A stretch of 64,000 nucleotides of DNA, taken from contig OX638340.1 in NCBI GenBank assembly GCA_951812955.1, positions 1,120,001 to 1,184,000 on the forward strand. Reading direction: 5' to 3'. Source of the DNA: an uncultured Gemmatimonadota bacterium (GTDB lineage Bacteria > JAAXHH01). Of this stretch, positions 9,492 to 18,334 are shown in pieces. Positions within the stretch are counted from its first letter, which is position 1, and each line of letters opens with the position of its first letter. The notes under the pieces were generated by a model. The model was not told the DNA's origin, did no database searches, and saw nothing but the letters and a program-made list of their open reading frames with translations. A program made the translations under genes and the position numbers.

Positions 9492-10714
9492 TCCGACTCC
9501 TTGCGCATGAATGGTCCGTGCCGTTCAATCCAGTCGTAGGTCTCCTGCCACGGCGCGCTGCCGTCCTCTTCCCAGATCTCCAGCCTTACGCCGCGAATAT
9601 TGCCCTCGGGAAACCCGGTCAGGCGGCTGACCGAAGGATAGCCAATGGTATGGTATACGTTGCCGCTCGGTAGCATCAACTTTCCGATATGACGTGGAAT
9701 CTCGGTCTTCGGGTTCCCCGCGATACGCACCAGTTCCGCCTCGTCCACTTCCACACCCAGTCCGGGTCCTTCCGGCACCGGTGAGCTTCCGTCAGCCACC
9801 TCGATCCGGCCGCCGGTGACGTCCTCGCCGTACTGGTCGTCCAGGTTGACCGTGTGCATCACATTGGGGATCACCGCGCCGAGGTGGAGCGCCATGGCTT
9901 TGCTAAGCGTCCCCCCGGTCAGCTGGATCACGGTGGACACATTCGCCTCGGCACAGGCGAAGCCCCGTTTCAGACTCATGCCGATACCGTGCTCGCCGAC
10001 CATGTAGGCGTCGGCGCATCCGAGCGTGATCTCCGGTCCGCCGCCGAGTTGCGGTACGTGCATGAGCAGGGGGATCGTCGTCTTTTCCCGCAGGCGGCGC
10101 CATCCGTCCACGTCGCGCCAGACCAGGGGATCTTCGATCACGCCGACGACAGGAGACTTCTCCAGGTGTTCGACTATTCTCGCCACGTCGGCGCCCGACC
10201 GGTTGTGGTTGAAATCGTAGTGCATCTTGAATCCGGGAGGCGCGACCTCCTCCACCGCGCGGTTGTGCTCGTAGACATCGAAGAACGCGCATGTGTGCAT
10301 CTTGAACGCCATGTACCCCTCGTCCGCCGCGCGCACGACCTCGGCGGCCAGGTCTTCGGGAGATGTCGAGCGTGTCCACGCCGCGACCGGCACCCGGTCG
10401 CGAACCTTCTGACCCATGAGCTTGTAGGCCGGTATTTCGAGGTGTTTCCCCATGAGATCGTACAGGGCGCCCATGAGCGCTACCGGTAGTTTGGCGTTTA
10501 TGTGGTCGAAGGGATGGCTGCCGGTCAACCGGTCCACTTCCCTGATGTCCATCGTCACATGTCCCCGGCTTTCGCCGTAACCCACCACGCCGTTGTCCGC
10601 GGTCACCTTGAATACCGTCTGCGTATCGATTCCATTGAACAGGACCTTACGGCCCTCGTTGCGGTCGGCCAACCTGGGATTGATGTGTGTAATCGCGATA
10701 TCGGTGATTTTCAT
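9488..10714 (-). CDS. Enolase-superfamily enzyme (MR/MLE family), paralog 2
   Basis: Internal ATG at 10714 (MKITDIAITHIN...). The 172-aa N-terminal extension in track ORF 9488..11230 overlaps the PhyH gene in another frame and is rejected. KMHYDFNH, VIEDPL, LMHV motifs of the MR/MLE barrel. Confidence 0.8.
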   Translation of the reverse strand: MKITDIAITHINPRLADRNEGRKVLFNGIDTQTVFKVTADNGVVGYGESRGHVTMDIREVDRLTGSHPFDHINAKLPVALMGALYDLMGKHLEIPAYKLMGQKVRDRVPVAAWTRSTSPEDLAAEVVRAADEGYMAFKMHTCAFFDVYEHNRAVEEVAPPGFKMHYDFNHNRSGADVARIVEHLEKSPVVGVIEDPLVWRDVDGWRRLREKTTIPLLMHVPQLGGGPEITLGCADAYMVGEHGIGMSLKRGFACAEANVSTVIQLTGGTLSKAMALHLGAVIPNVMHTVNLDDQYGEDVTGGRIEVADGSSPVPEGPGLGVEVDEAELVRIAGNPKTEIPRHIGKLMLPSGNVYHTIGYPSVSRLTGFPEGNIRGVRLEIWEEDGSAPWQETYDWIERHGPFMRKESE

Positions 10715-10752
10715 GGCCTGTCTCGTTTCCTTCCTGTTCTGCCGGGCATTTC

Positions 10753-11625
10753 CTATGAGTTCGCCAGCGACTTCGGCGTCCCCGCCTGATTCACCCCGTC
10801 CCGCACGGTGAGGGCGATCGGCCAGTTCTGCCCGCCCCGCTTTACGTACTCGTCCTCCGCACCGCATAGCCAGGTGAACATCTGTGCGGCGGCGAGCGCG
10901 CCCTGGAACTGTTCGAATACGCCGGCCGGGGGATTGAAGTCGATCGTATTGAAATCGATATCGTCCTGTTTTACCCAGTCCCGCACGGGCGGCGTGGTCC
11001 GCCAGTAGTTGTATTTGAGCAGGTTGCGATAGGCGCTCCTGCCCCGGGGGCCCGAGGTGGCTCGCGACCGGCGGTGCCAGATGCCGTAGACCGTAAGGAA
11101 GATCGTCCCCGCCGGGGCGGCCGTAGAAACCGTGCCGCGGATGGAACCCAGGTGGGCCATCATGGGCGCCTTGTTGCGCATGAAGTGCGAACCGGGCAGC
11201 ACGACGGTCGGCCCCATGTCCCCGGTGCATTCCTCCGGATAATAGAATACCTGAAGATACTCCAGCGCCGGGGTATAGATCGTACCGCCATCCCGGTGCC
11301 AGTTCTGCGGCTTGTCATATGGCAGCGGCCCCCGGTGATTGCTGATGATGAGCGGCAGCGTGAAATCGCGCCCCAGGAGCGACCGGACGGCGCCAGCCGC
11401 CTCCGGGTTCATGAGCACGCCGTCTACGAAGAACGACTCGCCCACGATTGGCGTGGGTTCGTAAGTGCTGTCACTGCGTTCCAGATAATCGACGACCTGT
11501 TCGTTGATCTCTTTAGGAACGACTTCCGGCAGCATCAGGAAGCCGTTGCGGCAGAAATCGACCACTTCGCGGTCCGTCATGGTCGCAGCGCAATCCATTT
11601 TCTTGCCGTAGGGCACCTTTGCCAT
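10753..11625 (-). CDS. Phytanoyl-CoA dioxygenase (PhyH) family Fe(II)/2-oxoglutarate-dependent oxygenase
   Basis: Internal ATG at 11625 with a GGTGGAG RBS. HRDGG and HxD...H-type cupin motifs (NWHRDGG, VVLPGSHF). Family assignment from overall similarity pattern. Confidence 0.7.
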   Translation of the reverse strand: MAKVPYGKKMDCAATMTDREVVDFCRNGFLMLPEVVPKEINEQVVDYLERSDSTYEPTPIVGESFFVDGVLMNPEAAGAVRSLLGRDFTLPLIISNHRGPLPYDKPQNWHRDGGTIYTPALEYLQVFYYPEECTGDMGPTVVLPGSHFMRNKAPMMAHLGSIRGTVSTAAPAGTIFLTVYGIWHRRSRATSGPRGRSAYRNLLKYNYWRTTPPVRDWVKQDDIDFNTIDFNPPAGVFEQFQGALAAAQMFTWLCGAEDEYVKRGGQNWPIALTVRDGVNQAGTPKSLANS

Positions 11626-11627
11626 GC

Positions 11628-12095
11628 CTATCTCCACCTTTCCAGGACGAACTCGTATCCCAGGCCGTAGTTGTCCTGTTCGTTCATGGCCAGGGATGCC
11701 TCCGGAAACTTGATGATGCGCCATCCGTCGTCCAGCGCTTCCTTGATCGACCGGTACCTGAAATCGCCGTTTTCGTCGAGGCCGTCGGAGTCCGCTCCAT
11801 CTTCGTAGATGCTGATACCGACCACGGCCGAGTGGGGGTTGGTCGAGGGTGCGTGCAAGTAGAGCAGACTCTGTTTAGACCCGGTCGAAGACTCCTGCGG
11901 CTGCAGCTGCGGTTGCGTCTGCTTCTGTGCCTGCGGTTGCTTCTGCGCCTGCGCCTGCTTCTGTGCCTGCGGTTGCTCCCGCACCTTTAACTGCCCCTGT
12001 GCCTGAGCCAGGGCCCGGTCAATGTCCTTGATATCAAGTTTTCCGTTTTTGAAACGCTTCCTGATTCGTTTCAATATCGCGGTCATTTTATCCAT
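11628..12095 (-). CDS. Hypothetical protein with (QAQKQ)n low-complexity linker; first gene of the PhyH-enolase-epimerase operon
   Basis: Track ORF 11628..12125 (start ambiguous: 12095, 12086 or 12125). Basic amphipathic N-terminus (MTAILKRIRKRFKNGKL), then QAQKQAQAQKQPQAQKQTQPQLQPQ encoded by a (CTGNNN)n DNA repeat, then an acidic C-terminal domain. Its stop at 11628 abuts the PhyH start at 11625. Confidence 0.45.
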   Translation of the reverse strand: MDKMTAILKRIRKRFKNGKLDIKDIDRALAQAQGQLKVREQPQAQKQAQAQKQPQAQKQTQPQLQPQESSTGSKQSLLYLHAPSTNPHSAVVGISIYEDGADSDGLDENGDFRYRSIKEALDDGWRIIKFPEASLAMNEQDNYGLGYEFVLERWR

Positions 12096-12277
12096 TCGTT
12101 CATCTACCTCATTACACACGCACACAATACACGCGCAGGCACGTGGCGGCCGGTCGTCCCCATGGCGGGAATGCCGGGCCTGGTCATTTAAGCTGGCTGT
12201 TGTCCGTTACGCGATTTCACGGAGAAATATGACCAACATAATCGGACGCCCGGCATGTGAAAAGAAGAAACGCTCAC

Positions 12278-13213
12278 CTATCGGCCCGCCAATCTTGCCA
12301 TGAGTATCAGGCTGCATTCTCCACAGACCAGCAGGGTGGCCAGGGTGAGGTGCATTACTTGCGCGGGTCGCGGCAGATCTCCGTAAGCAAGGGTGATGCC
12401 GATCAGGATTTGCAACATGATGCCGGCCAGGATGAGGCGGGCGACCGGAACCAGCCGGCTTCCGTGTGCGTGCCGCACGACGAATCGGTATACCAGGACG
12501 CCGGCAAGCAGGACTAGCCAGGAAGACAGCCGGTGTACGTGATCCACGAATCCCACCCGGGCCAGCCATTCGCCGCGGGGGAGGCCGCCGTCGTCTTTGA
12601 TGAAGGGATCGATGCCCTCACGGACCTGCGTGCCAAGGAGCAGTTGGATCGTCGTGACCGCCAGGAGTGCATACGCCAGCCGCAGGAGGACAGCGCGGGC
12701 TTCGGGCGCCATATTGACGCGGAACCGGGGTCCTGTGGACTGAAAGGTCACGTAGAGCAGGGCGCACAGCAGGATTACGGCGAGGAACATGTGCAGGGTA
12801 ATGATCCCGGGCTGGAGACCGGATCTGACCACCTGCCCACCCAGCCAGCCCTGGAAGCCGACCAGCACGAAACACAGGCCGGCGCCGTAGCAGACCGCGG
12901 GCTGTGTGCTTCGATATCGTAACGAACGCAGGAAGGTGACGAACACGAGTATTCCGATCACCACGCCCACGAGCCGGTTCGCGTATTCGATCCACATTTT
13001 GACGGGATTGAACGCGGCGATGTCGTAGCCCTTATCCAGTAGATAATCCCGGTCCAGGTCCTCGACGCTCGACGGCGGCAGCCAGGAACCCCAGCACCTT
13101 GGCCAGTCGGGACAGCCCAGGCCGGCCCCGGTGATCCGCACCAGGCTGCCGACGGATATCAGCAGAATCGTGGCTGCCAGCGTCGCCACGGCCGTTTTTT
13201 GAAAGGCGTTCAT
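12278..13213 (-). CDS. ctaA: Heme A synthase (COX15/CtaA family)
   Basis: GAGLGCPDWPRCWG signature, multiple TM helices, and conserved His-containing helices. Confidence 0.8.
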   Translation of the reverse strand: MNAFQKTAVATLAATILLISVGSLVRITGAGLGCPDWPRCWGSWLPPSSVEDLDRDYLLDKGYDIAAFNPVKMWIEYANRLVGVVIGILVFVTFLRSLRYRSTQPAVCYGAGLCFVLVGFQGWLGGQVVRSGLQPGIITLHMFLAVILLCALLYVTFQSTGPRFRVNMAPEARAVLLRLAYALLAVTTIQLLLGTQVREGIDPFIKDDGGLPRGEWLARVGFVDHVHRLSSWLVLLAGVLVYRFVVRHAHGSRLVPVARLILAGIMLQILIGITLAYGDLPRPAQVMHLTLATLLVCGECSLILMARLAGR

Positions 13214-13353
13214 GATAGGCCATCATAGACCGGCAGGCCACTTTCGGCAAGGAATATTGGACCGGTTGGCGCATGTACGGGAAGTCTGATTTGTAGTTGC
13301 CAATCAGGCCGTCCAATTGTATTTTATGCGAAGCGGTACCGCGTGGTTATCGT

Positions 13354-13426
<73 letters not shown>

Positions 13427-13478
13427 TTCCCTTTAACATGCCGGGTGTTTCCCGGCGCTAAGCCGGAACGGACGGACC

Positions 13479-13844
13479 ATGTCATTCTACGAAGTGGAAA
13501 CCTGGGTTCCTAAGCCTGGCCGGAAGGTCGACCACGATGAAATGATCCGGACCTGGTTCGCCTTCGTCGAAGCCCACAAGGACGAACTGTTCCCCGAATG
13601 GCGGTCAGCCCGGTACTACCGCGAAGTGACGCGCGATACGGCCCGTGCCACCGGGCGATATGTCATGGTATTCGAGTACGTATCCCACGAAGGATTCCTC
13701 GCATACAAGGCGCGGCGCAAGGACTGGTCGGGACCCTATGCGGAATACAAGAAGGTGGATCCCTACCAGTTCTTCGACTTGGACACCGTCACCGAAACCT
13801 GCTGGATGCCCGAGGAACGGGACCGCTGGCTCGACTTCACCTGA
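13479..13844 (+). CDS. Hypothetical small protein (121 aa; possible NIPSNAP/ABM-like fold)
   Basis: Track ORF with a good coding look. No motif recognised with certainty. Confidence 0.45.
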   Translation: MSFYEVETWVPKPGRKVDHDEMIRTWFAFVEAHKDELFPEWRSARYYREVTRDTARATGRYVMVFEYVSHEGFLAYKARRKDWSGPYAEYKKVDPYQFFDLDTVTETCWMPEERDRWLDFT

Positions 13845-13863
13845 GGACAGATGGATACCGCAA

Positions 13864-14637
13864 ATGGATACCATGGAAAACAGGTTCATCCTCACACCGT
13901 ACTTCCTGGACCGGCACGACCCTGCGCTCCTTGAGCTTGCACAGGACGACTGGGTCGTGAACGCGCCCGCTCTGCACGGCGACGACGAGATGTCCCGGAC
14001 CCTGTGCGTGCATCGTCCGCTCGCCGACCGGGTGGCCGAAGCCGCCGAGGCCGGCAGGCGGCCTGTCAGCGTCGCGGGGGACTGCTGCGCGACCATTCCG
14101 GTCATGGCCGGGCTCCAGCGCGCCGGCATCCACCCGATATTCCTCTGGCTCGACGCCCACGGCGACTTCAACACCTGGGAGACCACCCCGAGCGGTTTCC
14201 TGGGCGGCATGCCGCTGGCCATGATGGTCGGCCTGGGGGAACAGACGATGGTCGAAAATGTGCGCATGGATCCGATTCCCGACGCGGACGTCATCATGTC
14301 GGACGGGAGAGACCTGGACCCCGGTGAACGAAAACTGGTCGATGGTTCCCGCTTGAGGCACCTGCCCGACCCACTGGACCTGCTCGACTGCGGCCTGCCG
14401 GACCGGCCGGTCTACATCCATTTCGACACGGATCTCCTCGACCCGGCGGAAGCGCCGGCCATGGGGTACCCGGCGCCGGGCGGACCAACGTCAGGCGACC
14501 TCGAAAAAGTCTTCCGCCACCTTGCGGAGCATTGCGAAATTGCCGCCCTCTCCATATCCACCTGGCGATCCAATATGGACGAAGACGGCAGGAGCAGAGC
14601 GGTATGCATGGGGCTCTTCGATATCCTGACCGGCTGA
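13864..14637 (+). CDS. Arginase/agmatinase/formiminoglutamase-family (ureohydrolase) protein
   Basis: Internal ATG of track ORF 13645..14637. Mn-binding motifs DAHGDFNT and IHFDTDLLDP (SxDxDxxDP-like) are present. Confidence 0.7.
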   Translation: MDTMENRFILTPYFLDRHDPALLELAQDDWVVNAPALHGDDEMSRTLCVHRPLADRVAEAAEAGRRPVSVAGDCCATIPVMAGLQRAGIHPIFLWLDAHGDFNTWETTPSGFLGGMPLAMMVGLGEQTMVENVRMDPIPDADVIMSDGRDLDPGERKLVDGSRLRHLPDPLDLLDCGLPDRPVYIHFDTDLLDPAEAPAMGYPAPGGPTSGDLEKVFRHLAEHCEIAALSISTWRSNMDEDGRSRAVCMGLFDILTG

Positions 14638-14652
14638 TCGGCACCTCCCGCC

Positions 14653-15864
14653 ATGTCCTCCACTGATGCCATCTTCAAAGATCTGGTCGTCATCGAGGCC
14701 GCGAACGTCCTGGCCGGTCCCGCCGTGGGCATGTTCTTCGCGGAACTCGGCGCGACGGTAATCAAGGCGGAGAACCCGAAGACCGGCGGCGACACGACCC
14801 GCCACTGGAAACTGCCGACGGAACGGCGGGATGGGGACGTATCCGCCTACTTCTCGTCGGTGAACTGGGGAAAGCGATCCATCGGGATTGATTATTCGAT
14901 ACCGGAAGGATTCGCCGTCCTCTGCGACCTGCTGGTGCGCGCCGACGTGTTCCTGCAGAGTTTCAAACCGGGCGACGCCAGGAAATTCAGGCTCGATTAT
15001 CCCACCTTGCGCCGGCTCAACGACCGGCTCATCTACGCCGATATCACAGCCTTCGGCCACGAGGACGAGCGGCCTGGGTTCGATGCCGTATTGCAGGCGG
15101 AGACCGGCTTCACCGGTATGAATGGCACCGATGAGAGTGGTCCGGTGAAAATGCCAGTGGCCCTGATCGACCTGCTCCTGGCCCACCAACTGAAAGAAGC
15201 CCTGCTCATCGCACTCATCGAGCGGATGCAGTCCGGGCGGGGGTCATACAATACCGTGTCGCTGTTCCACGCCGGCGTCGCCTCGCTCGCGAACCAGGCG
15301 GCAAACTTCCTGGTGGCCGGAACCGTGCCGGGCCGCGCGGGATCGGACCACCCGAATATCGCTCCCTATGGTACCATATACGAGACCCGTAACGGCGAGT
15401 CCGTCGTGCTGGCCGTAGGCACGGACAGCCAGTTCCGGGCGTTGTGTGATGTCCTGGGTGTACCCGAAGCGGCAGAAGACGAGCGGTTCAGGACGAACCC
15501 TCAGCGAGTGGTTCATCGCGGCGCGCTGAACCGGCTGCTGGAGGATCGGATAGGCCGGCAGGAGAGGACCTCCCTGCTGGCTGCCCTGCAGTCCCGGAAG
15601 GTGCCGGCCGGCGCGGTCCGGCCGCTGGACGAAGTGCTTGCGCGGGAGTCCGTGGCGCCGTTGCGACTGCGCGGGAGGCAATCGGACGGCACCTCGATCA
15701 ACGGGCTGCGCTCGATCGCCTTTGAAAGTGACGCCGTTTCGCCGCCGGAATGCCTGAACGCCCCGCCGGGATTCGACCAGGACCGTCAGTTTGTGCTCGC
15801 GGAAGTCCTGGGCTATACCGAGGACCGCATCGAAGGGTTAAAGAAGGCTGGTGCGATCCTGTAG
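14653..15864 (+). CDS. CoA-transferase family III (CaiB/BaiF) protein
   Basis: N-terminal LKDLVVIEAANVLAGPAVGMFFAELGATVIKAE... matches the CaiB/BaiF Rossmann-like N-domain, with the family's two-domain length. Confidence 0.85.
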   Translation: MSSTDAIFKDLVVIEAANVLAGPAVGMFFAELGATVIKAENPKTGGDTTRHWKLPTERRDGDVSAYFSSVNWGKRSIGIDYSIPEGFAVLCDLLVRADVFLQSFKPGDARKFRLDYPTLRRLNDRLIYADITAFGHEDERPGFDAVLQAETGFTGMNGTDESGPVKMPVALIDLLLAHQLKEALLIALIERMQSGRGSYNTVSLFHAGVASLANQAANFLVAGTVPGRAGSDHPNIAPYGTIYETRNGESVVLAVGTDSQFRALCDVLGVPEAAEDERFRTNPQRVVHRGALNRLLEDRIGRQERTSLLAALQSRKVPAGAVRPLDEVLARESVAPLRLRGRQSDGTSINGLRSIAFESDAVSPPECLNAPPGFDQDRQFVLAEVLGYTEDRIEGLKKAGAIL

Positions 15865-16048
15865 TACAGCCGCTTACGGGATGCTTGGAGTAACGGATCC
15901 GGCGCCCCGCCCCGTATTCGATCCACGCGTTTCCAGGCAGCGGCAACCACCGTTGAAATGACCGGATTTTGGTTGCCAGTACAAGGCGAATCGTCGTATA
16001 TTAACACGGGTTTAGGAGGTGAGTGCCCGGAGCACACGGTGCACTGTT

Positions 16049-16885
16049 ATGTTAGAGTTCACTGCACCACGAAATACCCGGGGAACCTTGTTGGACATTG
16101 ATATCGCAGCCTACAGCGCGCGCATCGGCGTCGACGGACCATTGCCGCCGACGGCGGCAACGCTGCGCCGCCTGCACTATGCACATATGCTGGCCGTGCC
16201 CTTCGAGAACCTTGACATCCATTGGGGCCGCCCGATTGTGCTGGAGGAAAGGCGTCTATTCGAGAAGCTCGTGACGCAGCGCCGCGGCGGATTCTGTTAT
16301 GAGCATAATGGCCTGTTTGCAGCGGTACTGCGCGAACTCGGCTTTGCGGTCGACCTGCTGGAGGCGCGCGTGGGCGCGAAAGGCTGGGACGACGGCCTCC
16401 CCTGGGACCACCTGACGCTGCTGGTCGCACTGAAGGAACGCTGGCTGGTGGACGTGGGCTTTGGCGACGGATTCCGCGAGCCGCTGTTACTTGACGATGC
16501 GGTGCCACAGACGCGCGCGGAGGGCATCTGGCGTGTGCAACACGACGGCTGCGAGGGCCGGCATTCAAGCCGCACGCCGGCAGGTGACTGGAAACCCGAG
16601 TATCGCTTTCGGCTGCGGCCATGTCAGCTGGCGGACTTCAAGCCCGGTTGCGATTATCATCAGAACTCGACGGAGTCTCATTTTACGCAGCAGCGCATGT
16701 GTTCGCTTGCCACGAAGACGGGGCGTATTACGCTGAGCGACCGGCGCCTGATCGTGACGGAGGGGTTTTCGTCACGGGCCACCGCCAGCGACAATTCGGG
16801 AGACGCCAGGCGCCAGGAACGGGATTTTGCGGATGAAGCGGAGTTTCAGCAGGTGTTGCGGGAGCGCTTCGGGATCGTACCCTGA
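16049..16885 (+). CDS. Arylamine N-acetyltransferase (NAT) family protein
   Basis: RGGFCYEHN catalytic-Cys motif plus FENLD and HW motifs of the NAT fold. The track start at 16019 is a GTG overlapping the RBS; the ATG at 16049 is preferred. Confidence 0.8.
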   Translation: MLEFTAPRNTRGTLLDIDIAAYSARIGVDGPLPPTAATLRRLHYAHMLAVPFENLDIHWGRPIVLEERRLFEKLVTQRRGGFCYEHNGLFAAVLRELGFAVDLLEARVGAKGWDDGLPWDHLTLLVALKERWLVDVGFGDGFREPLLLDDAVPQTRAEGIWRVQHDGCEGRHSSRTPAGDWKPEYRFRLRPCQLADFKPGCDYHQNSTESHFTQQRMCSLATKTGRITLSDRRLIVTEGFSSRATASDNSGDARRQERDFADEAEFQQVLRERFGIVP

Positions 16886-17058
16886 TCCAGGATCTGGCGA
16901 GCCGCCGGCTGCTGATCGGCCGGACGCGTTCGTGTTCTAAGTTTTCATGGTCATCTCTCGGGCAACTGCGCTACTTGCAAGGTCCACAGAGCAACTGAAC
17001 TACTTGCCGAAGCGCCGGGATTCGACAATCACGCGTACCTAACCAAATGCGAAGGAAT

Positions 17059-17448
17059 ATGAGCGAATTAATCATTGTTGGCGACCGCGTACTGGTGGAG
17101 CAGCACGACGGCGAGCAGCTCACCCATTCGGGACTTTACCTGCCCGCCACGGTTACGGAAAAGGAAAAGGTGGGAACCGGAAGGGTTGTCCGCGTGGGAC
17201 CGGGGCACCTGATGCCCAATCCCGATTACACCGAGGGAGACCCGGTTACGAAACCGGCCGAATCAGTGCGTTACCTGCCCCTGCAGGCCGAGACCGGAGA
17301 TTTCGCTTTCTACCTGCGCAAGGAGTCCATCGAGATCAATTACCAGGAGAAAACTTACATAATCGTACCTCACAACGCCATTCTGGCCTTGGTGCGATCC
17401 GACGGGAACGTGCTGCAGGACCTCGAGGACCTGCTCGGTGAATCGTAG
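17059..17448 (+). CDS. Co-chaperonin GroES (Cpn10)-like protein with C-terminal extension; no groEL adjacent
   Basis: LIIVGDRVLVEQ....SGLYLP....KVGTGRVVRVGPG resembles the GroES mobile-loop / beta-barrel pattern. The protein is 130 aa rather than ~95. Confidence 0.5.
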   Translation: MSELIIVGDRVLVEQHDGEQLTHSGLYLPATVTEKEKVGTGRVVRVGPGHLMPNPDYTEGDPVTKPAESVRYLPLQAETGDFAFYLRKESIEINYQEKTYIIVPHNAILALVRSDGNVLQDLEDLLGES

Positions 17449-17579
17449 CCGGACCGCGTGAACGGGAAGCGGCCTTCGCGGGAGCCCTCGGTCCTACGGC
17501 GCAGGCCCACGACAGGGCGGCGCAGGCCCTGAGCCCATCGAATAACATTTGATAAACCCGAGAGAAGGAGCGTGAAACA

Positions 17580-18287
17580 ATGAACAGGACGGCGGCCTAC
17601 ACGGTCCAGCGTGGCATACCCGTCTCGCAACTGGGCGTCGACGCGAGAGGGGCGTTTATCACGCGAACCTACACCCATCTTCTCGGGGCGATCCTGGCAT
17701 TCGCCCTGATTGAGATCTACCTGTTTCAGACCGGCATGGCGGAGTCGATCGCCCGCGTGCTGCTCAGCGGGTCCTGGCTCATCGTACTGGGCGGTTTCAT
17801 GATCCTGAGCTGGATTGCGACCCATCTCGCGCACAATGCGCAGACCAAGGGGGGTCAATACGGCGCGTTGGGGCTGTTCGTCGTGGGCGAAGCCATTATC
17901 TTCACGCCGCTGCTCTACCTTGCGGATTCCATGGCGCCCGGCGTGATCAACAGCGCCGCCACGGTTACGCTCATCGGGTTTCTCGGGCTGACGATCGTGG
18001 CCTTTCATACCCGCAAGGACTTTTCCTTCCTCGGCGGGCTGCTGCGGTGGGGGTTCATCTGCGCCCTCGTGCTGATCGTAGCCAGCGTGCTATTCGGATT
18101 TCATCTGGGAACGATCTTCACCGTGGCCATGATCGTACTGGCGGGCGGCGCGATCCTCTACGACACGTCGAACGTCCTGCATCACTATCCCGAAGACCGG
18201 CACGTGGGCGCGGCGCTTCAACTCTTCGCCTCCGTGGCGCTGTTGTTCTGGTACGTCCTGCAGTTCTTTCTGTCGTCGAGAGACTGA
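17580..18287 (+). CDS. Bax inhibitor-1/YccA (TMBIM) family membrane protein
   Basis: Seven predicted TM helices and a conserved BI-1-like C-terminal region ([38 protein letters not shown]). RBS GAGAAGGAG. Confidence 0.75.
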   Translation: MNRTAAYTVQRGIPVSQLGVDARGAFITRTYTHLLGAILAFALIEIYLFQTGMAESIARVLLSGSWLIVLGGFMILSWIATHLAHNAQTKGGQYGALGLFVVGEAIIFTPLLYLADSMAPGVINSAATVTLIGFLGLTIVAFHTRKDFSFLGGLLRWGFICALVLIVASVLFGFHLGTIFTVAMIVLAGGAILYDTSNVLHHYPEDRHVGAALQLFASVALLFWYVLQFFLSSRD

Positions 18288-18334
18288 AACATCTCGACGG
18301 GGCGCGTCAGTTAACCAATCGGAGAGGTACCGTT

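Noticed and set aside
9488-11230. 580-aa version of the enolase ORF with a 172-aa N-terminal extension
   Set aside because: The extension is low-complexity (R/G/H/P-rich) and overlaps the PhyH gene in another frame. The conserved MR/MLE N-terminus begins at the internal ATG (10714).
13645-14637. 330-aa version of the arginase-family ORF, and 5' extensions of track ORFs 7737, 18047, 23556, 28441, 30305..31003
   Set aside because: The upstream portions overlap neighbouring genes or lack RBS or signal-peptide logic. Internal ATG/RBS positions fit the conserved N-termini.
16962-17007. Sigma-54 (-24/-12) promoter in the direct repeats upstream of the GroES-like gene
   Set aside because: The GG...GC spacing is 16 nt instead of the required 10-11. 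Retained only as direct repeats.
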